64,000 nucleotides of DNA, from positions 3,552,001-3,616,000 of the forward strand of contig OZ241907.1 in assembly GCA_965203515.1 (NCBI GenBank), given 5' to 3'. A program made the position numbers and the translations under genes. The first letter of the stretch is position 1, and the number at the start of each line of letters is the position of its first letter. Below, in pieces: positions 19,486-28,309 of the stretch. The DNA comes from Spirochaetia bacterium. Lineage in GTDB: Bacteria > Spirochaetota > Spirochaetia > SZUA-6 > Bin103. The notes beneath the pieces were generated by a model. That model was not told the DNA's origin. It searched no databases and worked only from the letters and a program-made list of their open reading frames with translations.

Positions 19486-19835
19486 TCCGGCTGGAGTTGG
19501 AGGCGGCGCGCATCTACGTGCGGCCTGGTGCGACCGACCTGCGCAAGCAGATCAACGGGCTGGTGCTGCTGGTGCAGGAGCAGATGCGGTTGAGTCCGTT
19601 CGAGGCGTCGTTGTTCGTGTTCTGCAACGGGCAGCGGCGACTGCTGAAGGCGGTGTACTGGGATCGGACGGGGTTCTGTCTGTGGATGAAGCGGTTGGAG
19701 CAGGGCAGCTTTCCGTGGCCGCGAACGGCGGCCGAGGCGCGGCGAGAGATCGACGCCGAGCAGCTGCGGATGCTGTTGGCAGGGATCGATTTCTGGAACC
19801 GACACGAGGAGTTGAGCTACGCCGAAATCGCCTGA
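19482..19835 (+). CDS. tnpB: IS66 accessory protein TnpB
   Basis: TDLRKQINGL, LFVFCN, YWDRTGFCLWMKRLEQGSFPWP. Confidence 0.92.
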   Translation: MIRLELEAARIYVRPGATDLRKQINGLVLLVQEQMRLSPFEASLFVFCNGQRRLLKAVYWDRTGFCLWMKRLEQGSFPWPRTAAEARREIDAEQLRMLLAGIDFWNRHEELSYAEIA

Positions 19836-19886
19836 CGGGCTTGGTTCGATCTTGACTGGCGGCGGTATTTGAGGTAAGGTAGAGAC

Positions 19887-21578
19887 ATGTCTGCCGCACC
19901 GTCGGTGGTCGAACAACGCGACAGGTTGCGCGTGGAGAATCGGCTGCTGGTCCTGGAAAAAGACGAGTTGATCGTGCGCAACGATCAACTCGTCGCCAGG
20001 AATAGTTCACTCGTCACCAGGAATAGTGCGCTGGATCATCAGGTCCATGCGCTGGATCATCAGGTCCAGGAGTTGGACAAGAAGATTGAGCTCTATGAAG
20101 AGGAGCTCGCCTGGTACCGAAACCGGCGGTACGGGCGCAGCAGCGAACAGCTGAGCGCTGCCGAGCAGCAGCAGATCCGGCTGTTCAACGAGATCGAACG
20201 GAGCGCCGACCACGCCTTGCCGGTCGACCCACTGCCTGCCGAACCGGCGGCCGCCCCGGTGCCGAGCCGCGCCCGGCGCCCGCGCCGCCAACCGCTGCCG
20301 CCGTCGCTGCCGCGGGTCGAGCGGGTCGTCGACCTTCCCGAAGCAGACCAGCAGTGCGCCTGCGGCCACCGCATGGTCCGCATCGGCGAGGAGACCGCCG
20401 AGAAGCTCGACGTGATCCCGCCGCAGGTGCGGGTGCTCCGCACGGTGCGGCCGAAGTACGCCTGCCATCACTGCGAGGGCTCCGGCGACGAGCAGCGTGC
20501 GGCGGTGCGGGTGGCGCCGGCGCCGGCGGCGCTGATCCGCAAAGGAGTCGCCAGCGAAGGGCTGCTGGCGTTCATCGCCACGGCGAAGTTCTGCGACGCG
20601 CTGCCGCTGTACCGGCAGGAGCAGCAGTTCGCGCGGCTGGGAGTGGCGGTGTCGCGGCGCACGATGGCCGACTGGATGCTGGCGGTCGCCGGCGCCTGTC
20701 GGCCGCTGCTGGCAGCGCTGGGCGACCAACTGCGCGGCGGACCGATCCTGCAAATCGACGAAACGACCGTGCAGGTGCTCAACGAGCCGGGACGCGCCAA
20801 CGCGACGCGCAGCTACGTATGGGTGGCCCGCGGCGGGCCGCCGGCGGCGCCGGTGGTGATCTACCGGTATGAGCCGAGTCGGGCCGCACGGGTGGCGGCC
20901 GACATCATCGGCGACTACCAGGGCTACGTGCAGACCGATGGGTATGAGGGCTACCTGCGGCCGTGCAGCCAGCCGGGCATCCGGCACGTGGGCTGTTGGG
21001 CGCACGTGCGGCGCGCCTTCAAGGAGGCCGCCGAGGCGTTGAGCAAGGTATCGAGCCGTAGCGGTGCGGCGCTGCAGGCGCTGGGGTACATCGCCAAGCT
21101 GTACCGCATCGAGACGCAGCTAGCGAGGTACCGGACCGAGGACCCCGAACGGTTCGTGGCCGAGCGGCGCGCGCGGGTGGAGCCGGTGCTCGTGCAGATG
21201 CACGAGTGGCTGCGGCACAAGCGGGAGCAGGTGCTGCCGAGTTCGGCGCTCGGCAAGGCGGTGGGGTTCGCGTTGGGACAGTGGCCGAAGCTGATCGGCT
21301 ATGTGGAGCACGCGCAGTTGACGCCGGACAACAACGCCTGCGAGCAGGCGATCCGGCCGTTCGTGGTGGGCCGCAAGAACTGGCTGTTTGCCGGCAGCCC
21401 GCGCGGCGCTGCGGCGAGCGCGACGCTGTACAGCCTGATCGAGACGGCGAAGGCCAACCGGCGAGAGCCGTACTGGTATCTGCGCGAGTTGTTCGAGCAG
21501 CTGCCGCACGCGCGTACCCGTGCCGATTTCTTGGCGCTCCTGCCGACCGCGCGTCCACCGCCGCCGCCCGCTACGTAG
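19887..21578 (+). CDS. tnpC: IS66 DDE transposase TnpC
   Basis: Leucine zipper, YGRSSE, zinc-finger Cys pairs, LPLYRQ, IDET, QTDGY, CWAHVRR, DNNACEQAIR, GRKNWLF. Confidence 0.95.
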   Translation: MSAAPSVVEQRDRLRVENRLLVLEKDELIVRNDQLVARNSSLVTRNSALDHQVHALDHQVQELDKKIELYEEELAWYRNRRYGRSSEQLSAAEQQQIRLFNEIERSADHALPVDPLPAEPAAAPVPSRARRPRRQPLPPSLPRVERVVDLPEADQQCACGHRMVRIGEETAEKLDVIPPQVRVLRTVRPKYACHHCEGSGDEQRAAVRVAPAPAALIRKGVASEGLLAFIATAKFCDALPLYRQEQQFARLGVAVSRRTMADWMLAVAGACRPLLAALGDQLRGGPILQIDETTVQVLNEPGRANATRSYVWVARGGPPAAPVVIYRYEPSRAARVAADIIGDYQGYVQTDGYEGYLRPCSQPGIRHVGCWAHVRRAFKEAAEALSKVSSRSGAALQALGYIAKLYRIETQLARYRTEDPERFVAERRARVEPVLVQMHEWLRHKREQVLPSSALGKAVGFALGQWPKLIGYVEHAQLTPDNNACEQAIRPFVVGRKNWLFAGSPRGAAASATLYSLIETAKANRREPYWYLRELFEQLPHARTRADFLALLPTARPPPPPAT

Positions 21579-22267
21579 AGGGTGGGATTCCCCGGACGCT
21601 TACGTCGATCATCTTATGCACGTAGGTCATTATCTCTCCTCCTCGGCCCGGCACGGTCCGCCGCAGCGCCTCCGCGAACGCCTGCTGCTGTTCATTCGTC
21701 TTCAGCCCCAGCAGCACGTACTCCACGTGCAGCGCCACCCGGTCGATCCCTGCGTCCGGATACAGCTTGTCCACCAACTGTACCACCTGGTTGAGCAACT
21801 CCTCCCAGCTCTCCCAGTCCTCGCGACGGTACTCGGCCATCAGCGCGAGCTGCGCAAGCCGCGCGCCCAGCGTCCCGGCCACCGACTCCGGGTTCTGTTC
21901 GGTCTGGTCGATCAGCAGGTGCTCGAACTGCGGCACCCAACCCCGGTCGGACTCCGCGTCCGCCACCAACTCCGCGAACTGCCGCGGGAACCGCCACGGT
22001 TCCGCTCCCTGATAGAATACCACCGGCACGATCAGCGGCAACTGCGGCTCCGCCTCGTGCTCGCGGTGCCATCTCATCCAGATCATCAGGCAGTAATTCA
22101 GCAACCGAAGCCGCATCCAGCGGTCGGGCGTGGACTGATGTTCGAGCAGCACGTAGACGAGCACCGGGGGGGCCGGAGCCCTCGCGCTCGACGGAGAACA
22201 GCAGGTCGGCCTCGCGGCTTGGTCGGGAGTGCGTGATGGCGTTCGCAGCGGCTTGGTGTTCCCGCCC

Positions 22268-22519
22268 TTACTCGTGGCCGGCGCCATTGTCATCGAACTG
22301 CTGCTTGAGGCGCCAGAACGTAGCCTCGTCGATGCCGGTGGCCGCCTCGATGGTCGACCACGGTACATCGCGTCCCAGGAACCCCTGGATGGTTTGCAAC
22401 TGACCCCGCAGTTCGCCTTCCCGGCGGCCTTCCCGGCGGCCTTCCCGGATGCCTTCCCGGATGCCTTCCTGGCGGCCTTTCCGTATGCCCTCGTCGATCA
22501 TCTTATGCACGTAGGTCAT
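22268..22519 (-). CDS. Putative in-frame internal small protein (RpnS-like antitoxin) of copy A2
   Basis: Strong internal SD GAGGAGG followed by ATG at 22519 ([11 protein letters not shown]), in frame with Rpn. Confidence 0.7.
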   Translation of the reverse strand: MTYVHKMIDEGIRKGRQEGIREGIREGRREGRREGELRGQLQTIQGFLGRDVPWSTIEAATGIDEATFWRLKQQFDDNGAGHE

Positions 22520-23320
22520 TATCTCTCCTCCTCGGCCCGGCACGGTCCGTCGCAGCGCCTCCGCGAACGCCTGCTGCTGTTCATTCGTCTTCAGCCCCAG
22601 CAGCACGTACTCCACGTGCAGCGCCACCCGGTCGATCCCTGCGTCCGGATACAGCTTGTCCACCAACTGTACCACCTGGTTGAGCAACTCCTCCCAGCTC
22701 TCCCAGTCCTCGCGACGGTACTCGGCCATCAGCGCGAGCTGCGCAAGCCGCGCGCCCAGCGTCCCGGCCACCGACTCCGGGTTCTGTTCGGTCTGGTCGA
22801 TCAGCAGGTGCTCGAACTGCGGCACCCAACCCAGGCCGGACTCCGCGTCCGCCACCAACTCCGCGAACTGCCGCGGGAACCGCCATGGTTCCGCTCCCTG
22901 ATAGAATACCACCGGCACGATCAGCGGCAACTGCGGCTCCTGCTCGTGCTCGCGGTGCCATCTCATCCAGATCATCAGGCAGTAATTCAGCAACCGAAGC
23001 CGCATCCAGCGGTCGGGCGTGGACTGATGTTCGAGCAGCACGTAGACGAGCACCGGGGGGCCGGAACCCTCGCGCTCGACGGAGAACAGCAGGTCGGCCT
23101 CGCGGCCGCGCCAGTCGTCGCTGACGAAGCGGCCGGGCAGGCGGGTAAGGGATGGCCACCGCAGCGTGCGGGCGAGTTCCTGAGGCAGGTAGGAGCGCAA
23201 CAAGCCGGCGGCGTCCTCGGGGTCGGAGAATACGCTGTAGAAGTACTTGTCGTGCCGCTGGCTGACCGGCGGCTCCGGCCCCTCGGACTGCGGTCGATCC
23301 GATACGTGATCGTCGGCCAT
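22268..23320 (-). CDS. Rpn/YhgA-like PD-(D/E)XK nuclease (copy A2, full length)
   Basis: [48 protein letters not shown], and a C-terminal EGxx tetrad repeat. Confidence 0.9.
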   Translation of the reverse strand: MADDHVSDRPQSEGPEPPVSQRHDKYFYSVFSDPEDAAGLLRSYLPQELARTLRWPSLTRLPGRFVSDDWRGREADLLFSVEREGSGPPVLVYVLLEHQSTPDRWMRLRLLNYCLMIWMRWHREHEQEPQLPLIVPVVFYQGAEPWRFPRQFAELVADAESGLGWVPQFEHLLIDQTEQNPESVAGTLGARLAQLALMAEYRREDWESWEELLNQVVQLVDKLYPDAGIDRVALHVEYVLLGLKTNEQQQAFAEALRRTVPGRGGEIMTYVHKMIDEGIRKGRQEGIREGIREGRREGRREGELRGQLQTIQGFLGRDVPWSTIEAATGIDEATFWRLKQQFDDNGAGHE

Positions 23321-23334
23321 GAAGTCCGGCGGCG

Positions 23335-23363
23335 ACCGTAGCCCCACGCTACTCCGGCGTCAA
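23335..23363 (-). promoter_or_regulatory. Putative sigma70 promoter of Rpn A2 (identical copy at 24238-24266 for A3)
   Basis: TTGACG-17 nt-TACGGT on the minus strand, 14 nt before the ATG. Confidence 0.6.
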
Positions 23364-23615
23364 GCCGCGCCTCGGCTTCGTTGAGCGGACCGGCGTACAT
23401 GCTGTAGCGCGACAATCAGGATGAGAACCTGAGAACCGAGCGACAATCAAGATGAGAAACCGGTGTCGCAACGGCGGGGACGACGCCACGAGCGGGCTTG
23501 GGTTGGCAAGCACGGGAAGCGGCGGCGGAGGCGCCGGCGAGGTCTCAGAGGACGGTCAGCTCGGCGCTGGTCGGGAGTGCGTGATGGCGTTCGCAGCGGC
23601 TTGGTGTTCCCGCCC

Positions 23616-23918
23616 TTACTCGGCGTGGCCGGCGCCATTGTCGTCGAGCTGCTGCTTGAGGCGCCGGAACGTAGCCTCGTCGATGCCGGTGGCCGCCTCT
23701 ATGGTCGACCACGGTACATCGCGTCCCAGGAACCCCTGGATGGTTTGCAACTGACCCCGCAGTTCGCCTTCCCGGCGGCCTTTCATCTCACCTTCCCGGC
23801 GGCCTTCCCGGCGGCCTTCCCGGCGGCCTTCCCGGCGGCCTTCCTGGCGGCCTTCCCGGATGCCTTCCCGGCGGCCTTTCCGTATGCCCTCGTCGATCAT
23901 CTTATGCACGTAGGTCAT
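23616..23918 (-). CDS. Intact RpnS-like small ORF retained in deleted copy A3
   Basis: GAGGAGG SD plus ATG 23918. Open 100 aa with an expanded EGRR repeat. Confidence 0.68.
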   Translation of the reverse strand: MTYVHKMIDEGIRKGRREGIREGRQEGRREGRREGRREGRREGEMKGRREGELRGQLQTIQGFLGRDVPWSTIEAATGIDEATFRRLKQQLDDNGAGHAE

Positions 23919-24223
23919 TATCTCTCCTCCTCGGCCCGGCACGGTCCGTCGCAGCGCCTCCGCGAACGCCTGCTGCTGTTCATTCGTCTTCAGCCCCAGC
24001 AGCACGTACTCCACGTGCAGCGCCACCCGGTCGATCCCTGCGTCCGGATACAGCTTGTCCACCGCAGCGTGCGGGCGAGTTCCTGGGGCAGGTAGGAGCG
24101 CAACAGGCCGGCGGCGTCCTCGGGGTCGGAGAATACGCTGTAGAAGTACTTGTCGTGCCGCTGGCTGACCGGCGGCTCCGGCCCCTCGGACTGCGGTCGG
24201 TCCGATGCGTGATCGTCGGCCAT
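23616..24223 (-). pseudogene. Rpn copy A3 with an internal approximately 496-nt deletion of the nuclease core
   Basis: N-terminus joined out of frame to the C-terminal part at microhomology CCACC (positions 22660 and 23156 of copy A2). Confidence 0.88.
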
Positions 24224-24276
24224 GAAGTCCGGCGGCGACCGTAGCCCCACGCTACTCCGGCGTCAAGCCGCGCCTC

Positions 24277-25872
24277 CTATTCGCCGTAGCCCAGCTCGGC
24301 GAGGTAGCGGTTCATGGTCGCTTCGGCGGCGGCGCGTTCCCGTTCCAGCTCGCGGAGCTTGCGCACCGCGTCGGCCACGTCGATCCGTTCTTCTTCCTCC
24401 GCGGTGTCCACGTAGCGGGTGATGTTCAGGTTCCAGTCGTTGCGCTCGATCTCTGCGACCGGCACCACCCGCGCGTACTTCTCCACGTCGGCCCAGGCGT
24501 GGAACGTCCGGGCGATGTGCTCCAGGTCGCGGTCGCGCAGGCGGTTCTGGTTGGTGCCTTCCTCGAACTCCCCGGAGGCGTCGATGAACAGCACCGCGCC
24601 GCGGCGCGCGGGCGGCTTGGCGCGGTTCAGCACCAGCACGGAGGCCGGGATGCCGGTGCCGTAGAACAGGTTCGGCGCAAGGCCGATGACCGCCTCGAAC
24701 AGGTCTTCCCGGAGCATGCCCTGGCGAATCTTCCCCTCCGCACCGCCGCGGAACAGCACCCCGTGCGGCATCACCACGCCGAGCCGCCCGGCGGCGTTCA
24801 GTACCGCCACCATGTGCTGCACGAACGCCAGGTCGCCCTTGGTCTTCGGCGGCAGGCCGAACCGGAAGCGCCCGTGGCCGTCGTGCTCGGCCACCTCGCG
24901 GCCCCACTCGTCGAGGCTGAACGGCGGATTGGCGATCACCCGGTCGTAGCGCAGCAGCTCGCCTTCATCCACCAGCTTCGGGTCGCGGATCGTGTCGCCC
25001 TTCTCGATGCGCGCGTCCGGCAGCCCGTGGAGCAGCATGTTCATCTTGCAGATCGCCCAGGTGCCGAGGTTCTTCTCCTGGCCGTGGAGCGTCAGGTCGC
25101 GCGGGTTGCCGCCCTGCCGCTCGAGGTGATGGGCGCATTCGATCAGCATGCCGCCGGAGCCCGCGGTCGGGTCGCAGACGCGCATCCCGGCGGCCGGCGC
25201 CAACAGCTCCACGATCAGCTTGACGACCATGCGCGGCGTGTAGAATTCGCCGCCCTTCTTGCCGGCGTCGTCGGCGAACTGTTCGATCAGATATTCGTAG
25301 GCGCGGCCGAGTAGATCCGGCTCCGCCAGGCGGTCGTTGCGGAGCGAGACTTCGGAGAAGTGCCGCACCAGGCGCGCCAGCACGGTGTCGCGGTTGCGGG
25401 CGTCGCCCAGCTTGCGCTCGTCGTTGTAGTCGATGCCGGCCAGCACGCCTTCCAGCGCGCTGTTCTGTTCCTCCAGCGCCGCGCACGCCTTGTTGAGGGT
25501 CTCGCCGATGTTGGCGGCCGCTGCCCGGATGGCGCCCCACCGCGCCCGGTCGGGCACGAAGAACTGGTGCTCGTCGGGGTCGGTCCAGGCCACCCTCTTG
25601 GACACGCCGTCGGCGATCAGCTTCTCGGCCTCTTCCTCGAAGCGGTCGGACAGCCGCTTCAGGAACAGCAGGCCGAAGATGTAGGTCTTGTAGTCGCTGC
25701 TGTCGATCGATCCGCGCAGGATGTCGGCCGCCGACCAGAGGTACTGTTCGAGCTGCGCCACGCTCAGGATGTCCGCCGCCGGCGCGGCCACGCGTCTATC
25801 CGGCATCAACGCGCGTGCCGCGGGCGACCGAGGCGGCTCGATCGTAGTTCCCGGAGGGTGATCTTCCGCCAT
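24277..25872 (-). CDS. hsdM: Type I R-M methyltransferase subunit
   Basis: LWSAADILRG, GEFYTP, DPTAGSGGML, ANPPFS, PHGVLFRGG. Start may be 25806. Confidence 0.95.
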   Translation of the reverse strand: MAEDHPPGTTIEPPRSPAARALMPDRRVAAPAADILSVAQLEQYLWSAADILRGSIDSSDYKTYIFGLLFLKRLSDRFEEEAEKLIADGVSKRVAWTDPDEHQFFVPDRARWGAIRAAAANIGETLNKACAALEEQNSALEGVLAGIDYNDERKLGDARNRDTVLARLVRHFSEVSLRNDRLAEPDLLGRAYEYLIEQFADDAGKKGGEFYTPRMVVKLIVELLAPAAGMRVCDPTAGSGGMLIECAHHLERQGGNPRDLTLHGQEKNLGTWAICKMNMLLHGLPDARIEKGDTIRDPKLVDEGELLRYDRVIANPPFSLDEWGREVAEHDGHGRFRFGLPPKTKGDLAFVQHMVAVLNAAGRLGVVMPHGVLFRGGAEGKIRQGMLREDLFEAVIGLAPNLFYGTGIPASVLVLNRAKPPARRGAVLFIDASGEFEEGTNQNRLRDRDLEHIARTFHAWADVEKYARVVPVAEIERNDWNLNITRYVDTAEEEERIDVADAVRKLRELERERAAAEATMNRYLAELGYGE

Positions 25873-25939
25873 CTGATTCCATCAGCGCCCGATGTGTTAT
25901 CCGGGGCGGGACGGCCGCCCATGCTACATTCCAAGGCGG

Positions 25940-27529
25940 ATGGCGACCAACCGTTCATTCAACACTGCCGGTCCGGTCAATCCGGCCGATCATTACGTGA
26001 TCCCGCCGCTGTCGCGGATCGATCTGGACGAAGTGCTCGGCCTGGTGCGGGACAAGAAGTACTTCGTGCTGCACGCGCCGCGCCAGACCGGCAAGACCTC
26101 GGCGCTGCTGGCGCTGGCCGAGCTGCTGAACCAGAGCGGCTACCACTGCGTGTACGTTACGGTGGAGACCGCCCGCACCGCCCGTGACGACGTGGCGCGG
26201 GCACTACGCGTGGTGCTTGCCGCGCTGGCGCGGGCGGCGAGGTCGGCCTTGGGCGACCGGTTCCTGCTAGGCATCTGGGCGGAGACCCTCGCCGAGGTCG
26301 GGCCGGACTTGGCGCTGGGCGAAGCGCTCTCACGTTGGGCGGAAGCGGCGCCGCGCCCGCTGGTGCTGCTGATCGACGAGATCGACACGCTGGTCGGCGA
26401 TTCGCTGCTGGCGGTGCTGCAGCAACTCCGCGCCGGCTACCCCGACCGTCCTGAGCGCTTCCCGCAGAGCGTCGTGCTGTGCGGCCTGCGCGACGTGCGC
26501 GACTACCGCATCAGCGCCGCCGGCAGCCCCTTCAACATCGCCGCCGCGTCGCTGCGGCTCGGCGATTTCTCGCGCGCCGAGACGCTGGCCCTGCTCGGCC
26601 AGCATACCGAGCAGACCGGCCAGCCGTTCGCGCCCGAGGCGCTGGAGGCGGTCTGGACGCAGACCTGCGGCCAGCCGTGGCTGGTCAACGCGCTGGCCTA
26701 CGGCGCCTGCTTCCGCAACAAGGCGCTGCGCGACGACCGTTCGCGCCCGGTCACCGCCGCCGCGGTCGCCGCGGTTCGCGAGGACCTCATCATCAACCGG
26801 GTGACCCACCTCGACTACTTGGCCGACAAGCTGCGCGAGGAGCGCGTGCGGCGGGTGATCGAGCCGATGCTGAGCGGCGGCGCGCGCCGCGCCGTGGCGC
26901 GCGACGTCGAGTACGCGCGCGACCTGGGGCTGCTCGCCCGCGACGCAGTGCGCATCGCCAACCCGATCTACGCGGAGGTGATACCGCGGGAACTGGCGTG
27001 GGTGGTGCAGGAAGAGTTGACGCAGGAGACGGCGCGGTTCGTGAAGGCTGACGGCAGCCTGAACGTGGCAATGCTGCTGGGGGAGTTCCAGAGCTTCTTC
27101 CGGCGCCACTCCGAGCACTGGCGGGACCGCTTTGCCTATGCGGAAGCGTGGCCGCAGTTGCTGCTGCAGGCGTACCTGCAGCGGGTGGTGAACGGGGGCG
27201 GGCGGATCGAGCGGGAGTACGCGCTGGGGCGGGGGCGGGTCGACCTGCTGATCGTGTGGCCGGTGGGGGAGCAGGCGCTGGCGCAGCGGGCGCAGGAGGA
27301 GCGGGTGCAGGAGGTGGTGGTGGAGTGCAAGGTGGTGCGGGAGCGGGACGGGCTGGAGCGGACCATCGCCGAGGGGGTGGAGCAGACCGCGGGGTACATG
27401 GCGCGGTGCGCGGCGGAGGCGGCGCACCTGGTGGTGATCGACTGCCGGGAGGACCGGACCTGGGAGGAGAAGATATTCCACCACCGGCGCGGCGCCGCCG
27501 CGGCCCCGGTCGACGTGTGGGGCATGTGA
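25940..27529 (+). CDS. AAA-like ATPase with C-terminal PD-(D/E)XK nuclease-like domain
   Basis: FNTAGP, Walker A APRQTGKT, Walker B LLIDEID, SPFNI, and C-terminal REYALGRGRVDL...VVECK. Confidence 0.85.
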   Translation: MATNRSFNTAGPVNPADHYVIPPLSRIDLDEVLGLVRDKKYFVLHAPRQTGKTSALLALAELLNQSGYHCVYVTVETARTARDDVARALRVVLAALARAARSALGDRFLLGIWAETLAEVGPDLALGEALSRWAEAAPRPLVLLIDEIDTLVGDSLLAVLQQLRAGYPDRPERFPQSVVLCGLRDVRDYRISAAGSPFNIAAASLRLGDFSRAETLALLGQHTEQTGQPFAPEALEAVWTQTCGQPWLVNALAYGACFRNKALRDDRSRPVTAAAVAAVREDLIINRVTHLDYLADKLREERVRRVIEPMLSGGARRAVARDVEYARDLGLLARDAVRIANPIYAEVIPRELAWVVQEELTQETARFVKADGSLNVAMLLGEFQSFFRRHSEHWRDRFAYAEAWPQLLLQAYLQRVVNGGGRIEREYALGRGRVDLLIVWPVGEQALAQRAQEERVQEVVVECKVVRERDGLERTIAEGVEQTAGYMARCAAEAAHLVVIDCREDRTWEEKIFHHRRGAAAAPVDVWGM

Positions 27530-27566
27530 CGAGCGGCGCCGGCGGCAGGGAGTCTCTGCGGCCGAC

Positions 27567-28175
27567 TCAGGGCTGCGACCGATCGGCGGGCGGCAGCTCG
27601 GCTGCCGCGTGCTCGCCGGCCGCGTCCGCCGCGTCCGCGGCGTCCGCTGCCTCCGCGCGCAGGTAGTCGGCCACGCTGCGGACGCCGCGCAGGTCGACCT
27701 CCTCGAAGTCGGTCCGTTCGCGGACGGCGGCCGCCAGCGCGTCGAACGACTCGAACTCGTCGGACAGCTCCACGAGCTGGTCCTCATCGGCTCGGTAGAG
27801 GAAGACGCTGCGCCGGCGGCCGTTCCCGGCCAGCCCGGCCCGCGTCAGCTCCGTCCAGCGTATGACCGCCTGCTCCTCCCCCATGAAGTCGAGCTCCAGC
27901 CGGTCCTCGAAGAGCCGGACCCGGCTGCGGAACTGCTTCAGCAGGTAGCGGAGCACGCGGTAGCCGATCAGCCCGACCGGCGCCGCGGCGATCAGCACCG
28001 GCCACGCGTCGGTCAGCAGCGCGACCGCCGCCAGGGCCGCGATCAGCGCCGGCGGCAGCAGCAGCGGCACCAGGGCGCGTGGATTGGAGCGCAACGTGAT
28101 GCGCGACTGCAGGAACGCCGCTTCGTTCGCGGGTTCGCTCTCCGGCACGGCGGTCATCCCGGGCACGGCAGCCAT
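27567..28175 (-). CDS. Hypothetical membrane protein (two TM plus soluble domain)
   Basis: Two hydrophobic helices followed by a soluble region, with high-GC3 codon style. Start uncertain. Confidence 0.65.
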   Translation of the reverse strand: MAAVPGMTAVPESEPANEAAFLQSRITLRSNPRALVPLLLPPALIAALAAVALLTDAWPVLIAAAPVGLIGYRVLRYLLKQFRSRVRLFEDRLELDFMGEEQAVIRWTELTRAGLAGNGRRRSVFLYRADEDQLVELSDEFESFDALAAAVRERTDFEEVDLRGVRSVADYLRAEAADAADAADAAGEHAAAELPPADRSQP

Positions 28176-28309
28176 CCTACGCGCCGCGCCGCACCGGGGA
28201 AAAGCCCGGCCGGTGGACCGAGGCGCGCCGATTCGCTATAGTAGCGCCCATACTTGGATCGGCGCCGCCACGCCGCCGCGCTGCCAGACCCTTTCCGCAA
28301 GGACATTCG

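Larger units (their letters stand above)
19098..21603 (+). mobile_element. IS66-family insertion sequence, apparently intact (2506 bp)
   Basis: Terminal IRs GTAAGCGTCCGGTGAACCCCACC and GTAAGCGTCCGGGGAATCCCACC. 8-bp target duplication GTCGATCA at 19090-19097 and 21604-21611. tnpA-tnpB-tnpC present. Confidence 0.96.
18838..22218 (-). pseudogene. Rpn/YhgA-like copy A1: 5'-truncated, frameshifted and split by IS66
   Basis: 21604-22218 and 18838-19097 are near-identical to 22268-23106. Extra G in a G-run near 22166. IS66 sits inside the C-terminal ORF (MTYVHKMID|). Confidence 0.88.

Noticed and set aside
23408..23460. Two ~20-nt direct repeats GCGACAATCA(G/A)GATGAGAA between Rpn copies
   Set aside because: Only two imperfect units. 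Most simply a local slippage duplication, with no evidence for an array or att site.
18838..24276. Diversity-generating retroelement or retron explanation for the near-identical Rpn repeats
   Set aside because: No reverse transcriptase in the window, and the differences are indels and repeat-number changes rather than adenine-specific substitutions.
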